Part shown: piece by piece, positions 39,205-51,896 of the stretch
Layout of the letters: every line of letters starts with the position of its first letter
Position numbering within the stretch: position 1 is the stretch's first letter
NCBI RefSeq assembly: GCF_035084215.1
Contig: NW_027139264.1
Location: forward strand, 372,001-436,000
Direction: 5' to 3'
Length of the DNA: 64,000 nucleotides
DNA from: Heptranchias perlo
Taxonomy: Eukaryota
Translations under genes and position numbers: made by a program
The notes under the pieces: generated by a model
What the model was told of the DNA's origin: nothing
Database searches by the model: none
What the model saw: only the letters and a program-made list of their open reading frames with translations

Positions 39205-39341
39205 CTGGAGAGATGATCTGTTTCATTTCCTTCCACACTGCGTAGAGTAAAGGGCCTCGAAACACGGCGTATTTCAGACTTGATCTCTCTTTATCTTCCC
39301 CTCTCTCTGCACCTTCTCCTCCCTCCCCTTTGTCCAGGTAC
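39205..39341 (-). CDS. TRIM exon 5 (137 nt, linker/pre-PRY)
   Basis: AACAG|G...CCAG|GTATGA. Encodes YLDKGEGGEGAERGEDKERSSLKYAVFRGPLLYAVWKEMKQIISP; phases fit both neighbours. Confidence 0.88.
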
Positions 39342-39433
39342 CTGTTTGAATGGGATTGATTCACTCACTCACTGCTGGATACAATCTGTGATCACAGTGT
39401 AAGACCGAGTCTGGGTTTGGATTGGGTACTCAC

Positions 39434-39456
39434 CTTTCTCTCAATCTTTTCAGTTC
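39434..39456 (-). CDS. TRIM exon 4 (23 nt)
   Basis: CTGCAG|GAACTGAAAAGATTGAGAGAAAG|GTGAGT, the characteristic 23-nt TRIM micro-exon (ELKRLRE). Confidence 0.88.
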
Positions 39457-39554
39457 CTGCAGGACAGAGAATCAGAAACATTTTAATAAATATACCGTAC
39501 TCTTTAGATTGTACATTTTAATAAATATACCGTATTATTTGGATCGTACGTTTT

Positions 39555-42165
39555 AATCATAGAATCGTTACAGCACAGAAGGAAGCCATTCGGCCCATCG
39601 AGCCCGTGCCGGCTCTTTGTAAGAACAATCCAGTTTGTCCCATTCACCCCACTCTTTCCCCGTGGCCCTGCAACTTTTTTCCCCTTCAAATATTTATCCA
39701 ATTCCTTTTCGAAAGCCACGATTGAATCTGCTTCCACCACCCTTTCAGGCAGCGCATTCCAAATCATGACTATTCGCTGTGTAAAAACATTTTTCCTCAT
39801 GTCGCCTTTAGTTCTTTTGCCAATCACTAAATCTGTGTCCTCTGGTTCTTGGCCCTTCCACCAATGGGAACAGTTTCTCTTTATTTACTTTATCAAAATC
39901 CTTCATGATTTTGAACACTTCTATCAAATCTCCTCTCAACCTTCTCTGCTCTCAGGAGAACAATCCCAACTTCTCCAGTCTATCCAGGTAACTGAAGTCC
40001 CTCTCCCCTGGAACCATTGTAGTAAATCTTTTCTGTTCCCTCTCTAAGACCTCACATCCTTCCGAAAGTGCGGTTCCCAGAATTGGACACAATACTCCAG
40101 TTGTGGCTGAAGCAGTGTTTTGTAAAGGTTCAACATGACTTCCTCACTTTTGTACTCTCTGCCTCTATTTATAAAGCCCAGGATCCTGCATGCTTTTTTA
40201 ACCGCTTTCTCAACCTGTCCTGCCACCTTCAAAGATTTGGGCACATATAACTCCAGGTCTCTCTGTTCCTGCACCCCCTTTAGAATTGTACCATTTAGTT
40301 CATATTGCCTCTCCTCGTTCTTCCTGCCAAAATGTATCACTTCACACTTCTCTGTGTTAAATTTCATCTGACATGTGTCCGCCCATTCCACCAGCCTGTC
40401 AATGTTCTCTTGAAGTCTATCACTATCCTCCTCACTGTTTATTACACTTCCAAGTTTTATGTCATCTGCAAATTTTGAAATTGTGCCCTGTACACCCAAG
40501 TCTAAGTATATATCAAAAAAAGCAATGGTCCTTGTACTGACCCCTGGGGAACACCACTGCACACCTTCGTCCAGTCCGAAAAATAACCGTTCACCACTAC
40601 TCTCTGTTTCCCGTCACTTTACAATTTCCGATCCATGCTGTCACTGCCCCTTTTATTCCATGGGCTTCAATTTTGCTGACAAGTCTATTATGTGGCACTT
40701 TATCAAACGCCTTTTGAAAGTCCATATATACACCAACCTTCTCTGTTACCTCATTAAAAAACTCAATCAAGTTAGTTAAACACGATTTGCCTTTAACAAA
40801 TCCGTACTGGCTTTCCTTTATTAATCCACACTTGTCCAAGTAACTATTAATTTTGTCCCAGATTATCGTTTCTAAAAGCTTCCCCACCACCAAGGTTAAA
40901 CTGACTGGCCTGTAGTTGTCGGGTTTATCCTTACACCCTTTTTTGAACAAGGGTGTAACATTTGCAATTCTCCAGTCCTCTGGCACCACCCCCGTATCTC
41001 CGGATGTTTGGAAGATTTTGGCCAGTACCTCCGCAATTTCCACCCTTACTTCCCTCAGCAACCCAGGATGCATCCCATCCGGACCGGGTAACTCATCGAC
41101 TTTAAGTACTTTCTCATGTGTCCTCCATCAATTTATAGCCCATCCAGTATCTCAACTACTTCCTCTTTTACTGTGACTTTGGCAGCATCTTCTTCCTTGG
41201 TAAAGAAAGATGCAAATATTCATTTAGTACCTCAGCCATGCCCTCTGCCTCCATGTGTCCCTAATTGGCCCCACCCCTCCTTTTTCTACCCATTTCCCAA
41301 TATATGCTACAGGAAATTTTTGGATTCCCTTTTACATTGGCCGTCAGTCTATTCTCATACTCTCTCTTTGCCCCTCTTATTTCCTTTTCACTTCTCCTCT
41401 GTACTTTCTATATTCAGCCTGGTTCTCACTTGTATTATCAACCTGATATCTGTCAGACACCCTTTTTCTGCTTCATCTTACTCTCTATCTCTTTCGTCAT
41501 CCAGGGAGCTCTGACTTTAGTTGCCCTAACTTTCCCTCTCGTGGGAATGTACCTCTACTGTACCCGAACCATCTCCTCTTTAAAGGCCACCCATTGTTCG
41601 ATTACAGTTTTGCCTGACAATCTTTGATTCCAATTTACCCAGACCAGATCCGTTCTCAACCCACTGAAATTGGCCCTCCTCCAATTAAGTATTTTTACTC
41701 CAGTTTGCTCCTTGTCCTTTTCCATAACTAATCTAAACCTTATGATATTGTGATCACTGTTCCCTAAATGTTCCCCCACTGACACTTGCTCCACTTGACC
41801 CACCTCATTCTCCAGAACCAGATCCAGCAATGCCTCCTTCCTCGTTGGGCCGGAAACATACTGAGCAAGAAATTCCTCCCCCTCTTTGCCCTTTACACTA
41901 TTACAATCCCAGTCTATATTGGGATAGTTGAAGTCCCCTATTATCACTACTCTACAGTTCTTGAACCTCTCTGTAATTTCCCTGCAAATTTGCTCCTCTA
42001 TACCCATCCTACTATTTGGTGGCCTATCGAATACACGCAGTAGTGCACTGGCACCTCTATTGTTTCTTAACTCTATCTAACCAAATAGAGTCTGTCCTTG
42101 GCCCCACAGGGACATCCTCTCTCTCCAGCACTGCAATATTCCCCTTCATCAACACTGCCACCAAC
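39555..42165 (-). mobile_element. CR1 LINE (part of endonuclease, RT and 3' end), degenerate
   Basis: IGDFNYPNIDW, LLDLVL, LGNSDHN, WRIANVTPLFKKG, NYRPVSLT, DFQKAFDKVPH, KFADD, LEYCVQFW. Confidence 0.93.
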
Positions 42166-42629
42166 ACCACTATTTTCTTTCCTTCCCGATGTATAATCAG
42201 TGGTTTTAGTGAAATGTGATGTGATCTGGGGAGTTTTCACTGACGGGCTCCAGTGATGTGACACCGTGTCCGTTACCCCCTGGAATACACTGGACAGGGT
42301 CTCCTCTGCTGCTGAAGACTTTGAAGGTTCACTGAGCCTTTCCTTTTATTTATGGTCTATATTTTCCCAGTAACTCAGAGCTTGTCTCTGGTCTGTGCAG
42401 CCCTGAGCTGGGGACAGTGGTGTTACACCTAACCTCAGTATCCCTTCGATAGGGAGACAACAGCCTATGTACCAGCTCCTGGACACTTCCAGGCAGCTCT
42501 GGGGAAACATGCAGCTGTGGAGACATCAGACCAGAACAGGAATAGGCTCATTGTGATGCCCACACAGTCAAATAGCCTCCTGTTGCTCACTGTTTGTGCA
42601 ATAGATGTGCAGCAGCCACAGAAATATAC

Positions 42630-42785
42630 CCCAGCCTATCGCTGTTCCCAGGGCTAGTACCCATGAGACTGTACCCCAACATGTCTCTGTTCCCAGGGCT
42701 AGTACCCATGGGACTGTACCCCAACATGTCTCTGTTCCCAGGGCTAGTACCCATGGGACTGGACCCCAACATGTCTCTGTTCTCA
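42630..42785. repeat. 45-bp tandem repeat, ~3.5 copies
   Basis: 15-aa periodicity (GTETCWGTVPWVLAL). Confidence 0.85.
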
Positions 42786-43489
42786 GGACAGAAGCGAAAT
42801 GGAGCAAACTATAGGGCCTAAACTCTCAAAACCTGAATGAAGAATCCTCAGTAACCTGTGGGAGATATTCAGATGGTGAGTTCATCGGATATTTACAGGT
42901 GAGGGAAGCCATTTGGCCCATCAATTCCTCCATCTCGAACGACTAAAGGTGCCCCCCTACATTGCATCATCTAATTGGTTCCTGTCCTAACGCTGCCCAT
43001 TTGCTCATTACTGTTGTGTGAGAGGAACTTCCTGATATCAGTCCCGAAATTACATTTACACGTTTGACCCTGTGTCCCCTTGGCCGACTCCAACAATTAA
43101 AGTATGATTTTGATTTACCATTTCCATACTGTTTACTATCCCTTATACCGCGATAGAATCACCTCTCGGACACCTCGGGGATTATTTAGACTTTAGGCGA
43201 TAATATAGCACGGACGATATTGGCTCGGTCTCTCGTTAAACACCTCTCCCCATTTTTATTTCTATTGACTTCAAATCTGGAGAGATGTTTAATAGGTGAC
43301 TGAGCTGATATCGGTCCTTTTACACTGTCGCCCAGTGTCAAAATTACACCACTCCTTTCCAGAGTGAAGTGTTCAAGTCTCTCCAGTCTGTCCCAATAAC
43401 TGAGACCCTTGATACCAGGCCTCACTGCTCTCCTCTGCCCTGCCTTACTTCTCGGTGACCAGAACTAGGCACAGTATTGTATCGAATTG

Positions 43490-44770
43490 CATAGAATCTA
43501 CAGCACAGAAACAGGCCATTCGGCCCAACTGCTCCATGCCAGTGTTTATGCTCCACACGAGCCTCATCCCACCCCTCTTCATCTAACCCCATCAACATAT
43601 CCTTCTGCTCCTTTCTCCCTCATGTGTTTATCCAGCTTCGCCTTGATTGTATCGATGCGACTCACCTCAACCACTCCATGTGGTCGCGAGTTCCACATTC
43701 TAACCACTCTCTGGGTAGATAAGTTTCTCCTGAAATAGTGACTATATTACACTTATGGCCCGTAGTTTTGGACACCCCTACAAGTGGATACATATTCTCT
43801 ATGTCTCCCCTATTAAACAATTTCATAATTTTTAAGACCTCTATCAGGTCATCCCTCAGCCTTCTCTTTTCGCCGAATCCCCCACCATCAACATCCTGGG
43901 GGTCACCATTGACCAGAAACTTAACTGGACCAGCCACATAAATACTGTGGCTACAAGAGCAGGTCAGAGGCTGGGTATTCTGCGGCGAGTGACTCACTTC
44001 CTGACTCACCAAAGCCTTTCCACCATCTACAAGCCACAAGTCAGGAGTGTGATGGAATGCTCTCCACTTGCCTGGATGAGTGCAGCTCCAACAACACTCA
44101 AGAAGCTCACCACCATCCAGGACAAAGCAGCCCGCTTGATTGGCACCCCATCCACCACCCTAAACATTCACTCCCTTCACCACCGGCGCACTGTGGCTGC
44201 AGTGTGTACCATCCACAGGATGCACTGCAGCAACTCGCCAAGGCTTCTTCGACAGCACCTCCCAAACCCGTGACCTCTACCACCTAGAAGGACAAGGGCA
44301 GCAGGCACATGGGAACAACACCACCTGCACGTTCCCCTCCAAGTCACACACCATCCCGACATGGAAATATATCGCCGTTCCTTCATCGTTGCTGGGTCAA
44401 AATCCTGGAACTCCCTTCCTAACAGCACTGTGGGAGAACCTTCACCACACGGACTGCAGCGGTTCAAGAAGGCGGCTCACCACCACCTTCTCAAGGGCAA
44501 TTAGGGATGGGCAATAAATGCCGGCCTCACCAGCAACACCCACATCCCATGAACAAATAAAAAAAATGAGCCCCAGCCTGTTCAATGTTTCCTGATAGTT
44601 ATAACCTCTCAGTTCTGTTATCGTCCTTGTGATTCTTTTTTGTACCTTCTCCAGTGCCTCTATATCTTGTTTATGGAGACCACAACTGTTCACAGCAGTC
44701 CAATTGTGATCTAACCAAGGTTTGATACAGGTTTAAAATAACCTCTCTGCTTTTGAATTCTATCCCTCCA
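43490..44770 (-). mobile_element. CR1 LINE 3' part, interrupted by a nested LINE at ~43872-44566
   Basis: EKRRLRDDLIEVLKIMK on one side of the insert and EKVQKRITRTITELRG..LNRLGL on the other. Confidence 0.8.
43872..44566 (+). mobile_element. 3' end of the same LINE family as 28390-30070
   Basis: AGQRLGILRR..VRSVME.SPLAWMSAAPTTLKKL..IQDKAARLI; tail CCCACATCCCATGAACAAATAAAAAA. Confidence 0.9.
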
Positions 44771-45338
44771 TTCAAAGTGGGGTCTGATCAGAGTAACTGC
44801 ACAGTGTGATCACAACTTTCTCTGACCTGCATGGACGAGTCAGTCCATTGACTGCAAATGAAAATTGGGTGCAATGTAAAACAGGCTGTCGATTCGTTAT
44901 CGCCTGTTTTGCACGACCGTCTTTGGGGAATTTATACCCTTCTGTGTCTCGACCCGCTGCCAACGACCTTCTGCTCTACGACTTGTCTCGGCTGAATCTG
45001 CTTTCCTCCCTCCACCTATCGACTTTGAATGATTTCCGATTGCTGCCTCAATGTTCCCCACAAGTCTCTTTACCCCTCCTTGGTCTCGATGCAGCCCATT
45101 TCTTCTGTAACAGTCCTTTTTTGGACATTGTCATCTGGTTCCAGTTATACAGGAAGATACTGTTATACCTGACAGGTTCAGACAGTCTCCTCCACAGTCA
45201 GAGCTCAAACTGGACTGATACCTGTTTGTCCTCAGTTATACTGCACGTTGTGCAATGTTGTGATGTTGTTTGAGCCCTATTATAATGTGCTGTTTGCACT
45301 TACACCAACAGGTTGGGGATTGGTTTATAAAGGATCAC

Positions 45339-45572
45339 CTTGAGAAAAGAGATACTGTCTTGCTGCTCGATGTCTGCACAAAGGTTCAATATGTTCTCCT
45401 CAAGTGATCTCAGTTCCTCCTCAATTCTTTTCAAGTTCTTCTCCATTGGGCGTAGATCTTCCTCCTTTTGCCTCCTCAGCTCTTCCATTAAATGTTTCTC
45501 TTTGTCTTCAAGATATTGATGAATTTTGGCAAATTGTGCAGCGATGTCTTGCTCCAGGGATCCTGTGAGCTC
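45339..45572 (-). CDS. TRIM exon 3 (234 nt, coiled coil)
   Basis: CTTAG|GAG...AAG|GTGATC. Encodes ELTGSLEQDIAAQFAKIHQYLEDKEKHLMEELRRQKEEDLRPMEKNLKRIEEELRSLEE..DSISFLK. Confidence 0.9.
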
Positions 45573-45652
45573 CTAAGATGGTGAGAGAGATCATTTAAGC
45601 TGCAGGTTGTTAAAGGGCCGCAGTGTTTAAAGGTGACGTAAGTAGGACTTAC

Positions 45653-45748
45653 ATTCAGTTCTGAAATCTTCTCCTCCTGCCGCCGTTTTAATTCACTTTT
45701 ACTTTTCTTTTCATCCTCCATGGAATCCAAGGACAATTTCAGCTGGTC
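45653..45748 (-). CDS. TRIM exon 2 (96 nt, coiled coil); expected acceptor reads CG rather than AG
   Basis: Encodes DQLKLSLDSMEDEKKSKSELKRRQEEKISELN, then |GTAAGT. Upstream is TTTTTCG|GACCAG, with an in-frame AG 6 nt inside. Confidence 0.85.
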
Positions 45749-45939
45749 CGAAAAATGGAATCAGATCTCATCATAATCCATTTCAATGTCAGCCATTGTA
45801 TTCCAAAACAGTGGGGTCGGACGTTCAGGGAATATTACATGTGTTACTAGTGTGTACCCCTTTCTTTACAAGAGGCAGAGTGAAAAGTACCCAATCAAAC
45901 CAGGCACAGCTTCAAACCAACAACTGGTTTATGTTATAT

Positions 45940-46305
45940 TAAATATATGAAAGGGTTTGATAGGGTAGACGGAGAGAAAATGTTTCCACTTGTGGGGGAG
46001 ACCAGAACTAGGGGCCATAAATATAAGATAGTCAGTAATTAATCTGATAAGGAATTCAGAACAAGCTTCTTTACCCAGAGAGTAGTTAGAATGTGGAACT
46101 CACTACCACAAGGAGTAGTTGAGGCGAATAGTACAGATACGTTTAAGGGGAAGCGAGATAATCACATGAGGGTGAAAGGGACACAAGGATGTGCTGATAA
46201 AGTTAGAAGAGGGGTGGGAAGATGCTTGTGTGGAGCATAAATGCCGGCATGGACCTGTTGGACTGAATGCCCTGTTTCTCTGCTCTACATTGTATGTAAT
46301 TCCAT
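45940..46305 (+). mobile_element. CR1 LINE 3' end
   Basis: MKGFDRVDGEKMFPLVGETRTRGH..FFTQRVVRMWNSLPQGVVEA. Confidence 0.85.
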
Positions 46306-47069
46306 GCAAGTCGATATGGCTTTCACACTGAGAACAATCAGATCCCTCACTCCCCAGTTATTAAATACAATAAAGATACACACTCTTCAAACCTTCTCTA
46401 GCTAAGCTTTTCAAATGAGCTGGTCCAGACTTTGAATTTGTGGACAACGTCTCACTGCTGATGTGAGAACACAGCTCAGTCCCCCTGTCTGGGAGAGAGA
46501 GAGAGAGAGAGAGACTTATTTGTCACCTGCCGTAAGTCTATGAGATGGAGAATTCCGCCCACTGAACTGTCAATCAATGTTATGACCCCTGCCGTGGAAC
46601 ACCTACCCACTGATGAGGCAACAGCAGAGCGTTTATGTGTCGGTTTCAGCTAAGCCCCCTGCTGGGACAATGGAATGGGAGGATACCTGGATCCTCAGGT
46701 ATTGCACAGACTGATCTTCACACAATGGCTCGTCATGTTTGACATTGTACACATTGACCTTCCTATTGTTCATTCACATTTTAAGTCACCGTGGTTGAGA
46801 ACAGTTCAAGGCAACTGGCTCATTGTAAACAAAATCATTGTGTGTGCAACCTTGGGAGTTCGTCCCTTAAAAACTGAATCTAACATTGCAGAAATATTAT
46901 ATGTTAAAAAATCAGCTCAAACAACACTGGTACAAACAAAGTTCCTACAATGACATTTGTATTTTCAACAGATCAACCAGACCAAAAGTAACCTGAACAG
47001 TAATTCTCCAACATCCAACCCCCTGTCTTAGTTCACCGAGGGAGTTTTACCCTCTCGAGACCCAGTAGA

Positions 47070-47911
47070 GACACTGTACCCCATCCAACTCCCCACCCTC
47101 TCACACAGACACTGTACCCCATCCAACTCCCCACCCTCTCACACAGACACTGTACCCCATCCAACTCCCCACCCTCTCACACAGACACTGTACCCCATCC
47201 AACTCCCCACCCTTTCACACAGACACTGTACCCCATCCAACTCCCCACCCTCTCACACAGACACTGTACCCCATCCAACTCCCCACCCTCTCACACAGAC
47301 ACTGTACCCCATCCAACTCCCCGTCCTTTCACACAGACACTGTACCCCATCCAACTCCCCACCCTCTCACACAGACACTGTACCCCATCCAACTCCCCAC
47401 CCTCTCACACAGACACTGTACCCCATCCAACTCCCCACCCTCTCACACAGACACTGTACCCCATCCAACTCCCCACCCTCTCACACAGACACTGTACCCC
47501 ATCCAACTCCCCACCCTCTCACACAGACACTGTACCCCATCCAACTCCCCACCCTCTCACACAGACACTGTACCCCATCCAACTCCCCACCCTCTCACAC
47601 AGACACTGTACCCCATCCAACTCCCCACCCTCTCACACAGACACTGTACCCCATCCAACTCCCCACCCTCTCACACAGACACTGTACCCCATCCAACTCC
47701 CCACCCTTTCACACAGACACTGTACCCCATCCAACTCCCCACCCTCTCACACAGACACTGTACCCCATCCAACTCCCCACCCTCTCACACAGACACTGTC
47801 CCCCATCCAACTCCCCGTCCTTTCACACAGACACTGTACCCCATCCAACTCCCCACCCTCTCACACAGACACTGTACCCCATCCAACTCCCCACCCTCTC
47901 ACACAGACACT
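47070..47911. repeat. 38-bp minisatellite (GACACTGTACCCCATCCAACTCCCCACCCTCTCACACA)n, ~22 copies (TRIM intron 1)
   Basis: Period 38 (47071 vs 47109). Confidence 0.95.
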
Positions 47912-48032
47912 CTCTCCCCCCGTGGCCCTGCCAAATCTTTCTGACACTCTCCCTATCAGTTCATGCTGGCACTTAACCAATATTACTCTTATTGCGTTTC
48001 GTGGAGACGGGTCGCTCACTTAAACCCCTCAC

Positions 48033-48488
48033 CTTGTACTTTTGAACTGCCCTCTGGACCGGCAGGAACCTGTGGTCTGAATGTGCGGGAGAATCTACAC
48101 AACTGGCACAGATCAGGATCTCATCCTCCTCACAGAACAGCTTCAGTTTCTCATTATGTTCCTCACAGTGAGACCGACCTTTCTCTGGGTTCAGGATCAG
48201 CTCTGGGTTCAGGTTCAGGTTCAGGTCTGGGTCTGGGTTGAGGTCCAGCTGCCGAGCTTTCTCGGAGAGATTGGCCAACACCCTGTTCCTGCAGTAGTTT
48301 CTCCGGGGGAAAACCACCCGACATTCCGGGCAGGACACGGTCTCCCCCTGCTTGTCCCAACACTTGTCGATACAGGATTTACAGAAGTTGTGATCACAGT
48401 CCAGCCGCACCGGCTACACAAACAGAGAGAGGCAGACGGAGCAGGTTAAATCCTCACTCAGGGTTACGATCTGTTTGCTGACGGCCAT
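48033..48488 (-). pseudogene. TRIM exon 1: RING plus B-box2, with premature TAG at codon 25
   Basis: [84 protein letters not shown]. C3HC4 RING and B-box ligands present; TAG at 48416-48414. Confidence 0.93.
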
Positions 48489-48522
48489 CTCAGTTCCTGC
48501 TCCTTATTCTGTCGCTCACTTT

Positions 48523-48541
48523 ACTTTCAGTTTCATTTCCC
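48523..48541 (-). promoter_or_regulatory. ISRE/IRF-E-like element GGGAAATGAAACTGAAAGT
   Basis: Three tandem GAAA cores 35-53 nt upstream of the TRIM ATG; contains GAAANNGAAA. Confidence 0.65.
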
Positions 48542-48884
48542 TCAGTTTATTGTGAAACTCACTTCACAATCTGTCCTCTGAAAGGGACACTGTCAGCAAA
48601 CAAAATTGTCTGGCAAATCTTTATTTCTTTGAATGTCAAACGTGCAAAACACAATGGCCCCAAAATTCCTGAGTCTGAGGGGGGAGGGCTGGAATTTGGA
48701 CTGGGACCCTGTTCCTGCGAGGTCTCTTGTGCTGCACCCCTTCCATGGTGATATCACAAAGACTGGCAGGATCACATCTCCACCCCATCCCCTGCCAAAA
48801 ATCCCACCAGTTCCACCAGTACTGCAGGCCAGGAGAAAGTCCACCTGCAGGAAGCGGGCGAACATTTTAAAATCACCCCCATAT

Positions 48885-49320
48885 TCTTTTTTTTTATTCA
48901 TTCATGGGATGTGGGCGTCGCTGCTGAGGCCGGCATTTATTGCCCATCCCTAATTGCCCTTGAGAAGGTGGTGGTGAGCCGCCTTCTTGAACCGCTGCAG
49001 TCCGTGTGGTGAAGGTTCTCCCACAGTGCTGTTAGGAAGGGAGTTCCAGGATTTTGACCCAGCGACGATGAAGGAACGGCGATATATTTCCAAGTCGGGA
49101 TGGTGTGTGACTTGGAGGGGAACGTGCAGGTGGTGTTGTTCCCATGCGCCTGCTGCCCTTGTCCTTCTAGGTGGTAGAGGTCGCGGGTTTGGGAGGAGCT
49201 GTCGAAGACGCCTTGGCGAGTTGCTGCAGAGCATCCTGTGGATGGTGCACACTGCAGCCATGGTGGTGGAGGAAGTTTAAGGTCGTGGATGCCGATCAAG
49301 TGGACTGCTTTGTCCTGGAC
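48885..49320 (-). mobile_element. 3' end of the LINE family seen at 28390 and 43872
   Basis: Near-identical 3' sequence (AAVCTIHRM..SKSWNSLPNSTVG..FKKAAHHHLLKGN). Confidence 0.9.
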
Positions 49321-49584
49321 TAGGATGGAGTTGTGAGCCTAATACTGGTCTCTGAAAGGCAATCAGTGGCAGAGACATTAGGAAAGGGCCAGAGGTGAAT
49401 CGCCAGCAATTTTTAACATTAAAATCTTCAGCCGAAATGGGCAGCACCCCTCCCCTCCCCAGGGTGGAGAAGTGAGATGCTCCTCCTGCTTTCTGGCCCT
49501 CTAAGGGCAGACAACAGCGAGCAATGTGTGACCTTATAATGGTGACCCGCTTCCCAGGATTTGGGATCAGGCAAATAGAGGGTG

Positions 49585-50185
49585 GAATGTTCCCAGTGTT
49601 GAACTGGAGGAAATTGCAGCTCATCTGGGACTGGATTTTGGACAAGCAGACTGATAGCAGAAAGATGACGGATGGGTCGAGGGAGGTGGTGGTGAGGCAG
49701 AGCTGGGTGCCGTCAGCTTACATGTGGAACCTGACTCCATGGCTGCAGATAATGTCGTCAAGACAGGCAGCATCTAGATGAGGACGACGAGGCAGCCAAG
49801 GACAGATCCTTGGGGGACTCCAGAGGTAACGGCGAGGGTGAGAAGAGGAACCATTGCAGGAGATTTTCTGGCTATGACTGTACGCGGAGGAGTGGAACCA
49901 GGTGAGGGCAGTCCTGCTGAGATGGACAATGGAGGAGAGGTATTGGAGAAGGAGGTGTGGTCAACCATGTCAAAGGCCACAGAGAGGTCAAGGAGGGACA
50001 ATGTCGACAGTCACAGTTACAGAGGATGTCACTTGTGGACGTTTAGGGATGTTTTGGATCTGTAGAAGGGGTGGAAACCTGATTGGAGAGGTTCAAACTT
50101 GGAGTTGTGGGAAAGATGGGCACGGATTCAGGAGGAGACAGCACGTTCAAGGAATTTGAAGAGGAAAAGGAAATTGGAAATGGGT
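49585..50185 (-). mobile_element. old L2 LINE RT fragment
   Basis: LLDLSVAFDMVDH, GVPQGSVLG. Confidence 0.8.
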
Positions 50186-50329
50186 CTCATGGAATGAAAG
50201 GTGCTGCAGCTGATATTGGACGTGGTTAAGAAGCGAAGAGAGACCTGTGGAATTTCAGGGTAAAACCTCCCCACCCCAGTATTGTTCTGTCAGATTCCCC
50301 AGGGATTTGAGGCAAGGAATCTCCTTTGA

Positions 50330-51896
50330 CAAACTAATCCCACTGCCCCGCCCTCTCTCCATAGCCCTGTATCAATCCCACTAATCCCACTGCCCCACTC
50401 TCTCCGCATAGCCCTGCATCAATCCCAAACTAATCCCACTGTCCCACTCTCTCCCCATAGCCCTGTATCAATCCGAAACTAATCCCACCGCCCCATTCTC
50501 TCCCCATAGCCCTGTATCAATCCCAAACTAATCCCACTGTCCCACTCTCTCCCCATATCCCTGTATCAATCCCAAACTAATCCCACTGCCCCATTCTCTC
50601 CCCACATCCCCGTATCAATCCCAAACTAATCCCACTGCCCAACTCTCTCCCCATATCCCCGTATCAATCCCAAACTAATCCCACTGACCCACTCTCTCCC
50701 CGTAGCCCTGTATCAATCCCAAACGAATTCCACTGCACCACTCTCTCCCCACAGCCCTGCATCAATCCCAAACTAATCCCAGTGACCCCCTCTCCCCCCG
50801 AGCCCTGTATCAATCCCAAACTAATCCCACTGCCCCACTCTATCCCCATAGCCCTGTATCAATAGTAAACTAATCCCACTGTCCCGCTCTCTCCCCATAG
50901 CCCTGCATCAATCCTAAACTAATCCCACTGCCTCACTCTCTCCCCATAGCCCTGTATCAATCCCAAACTAATCCCACTGACCCACTCTCTCCCCATAGCC
51001 CTATATCAATCCCAAACTAATCCCACTGCCCCACTCTCTCCACATAGCCCTGTATCAATCCCAAACTAATCCCACTGACCCACTCTCTCCACATAGCCCT
51101 GTATCAATCCCCAACTAATCCCACTGACCCATTCTCTCCCCATAGCCCTGTATCAATCCCCAACTAATCCCACTGACCCATTCTCTCCCCATAGCCCTGT
51201 ATCAATCCCAAACTAATCCCACTGACCCACTCTCTCCACATAGCCCTGTATCAATCCCCAACTAATCCCACTGACCCATTATCTCCCAATAGCCCTGTAT
51301 CAATCCCCAACTAATCCCACTGACCCATTCTCTCCCCATAGCCCTGTATCAATCCCAAACTAATCCCACTGCCCCACTCTCTCCCCATAGCCCTGTATCA
51401 ATCCCAAACTAATCCCACTGACCCACTCTCTCCACATAGCCCTGTATCAATCCCAAACTAATCCCACTGACCCATTCTCTCCCCATAGCCCTGTATCAAT
51501 CCCAAACTAATCCCACTGAGCCACTCTCTCCCCATAGCCCTGTATCAATCCCAAACTAATCCCACTGACCCACTCTCTCCACATAGCCCTGTATCAATCC
51601 CAAACTAATCCCACTGACCCATTCTCTCTCCATAGCCCTGTGTCAATCCCCAACTAATCCCACTGACCCATTCTCTCCCCAGAGCCCTGTATCAATCCCA
51701 AACTAATCCCACTGACCCATTCTCTCCCCATAGCCCTGTATCAATCCCAAACTAATCCCACTGCCCCACTCTCTCCCCATAGCCCTGTATCAATCCCAAA
51801 CTAATCCCACTGACCCATTCTCTCTCCATAGCCCTGTATCAATCCCAAACTAATCCCACTGACCCACTCTCTCCATAGCCCTGTATCAATCCCAAA
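50330..51896. repeat. 49-bp minisatellite, same family as 1420-2905, ~32 copies
   Basis: Same unit and orientation; ends abruptly at a CR1 insertion. Confidence 0.95.

Larger units (their letters stand above)
36799..48488 (-). pseudogene. class-IV TRIM gene (TRIM39/TRIM35/A33-like; RING-Bbox-CC-PRY/SPRY), null allele or very young pseudogene
   Basis: Six exons, 456+96+234+23+137+545 = 1491 nt (496 aa plus stop), with consistent phases. The only lesions seen are the TAG at codon 25 and the exon-2 acceptor. Confidence 0.88.

Noticed and set aside
36799-48488. Assigning a specific gene symbol such as TRIM39
   Set aside because: Lineage-expanded B30.2 TRIMs cannot be assigned orthology by eye; this needs phylogeny and synteny.
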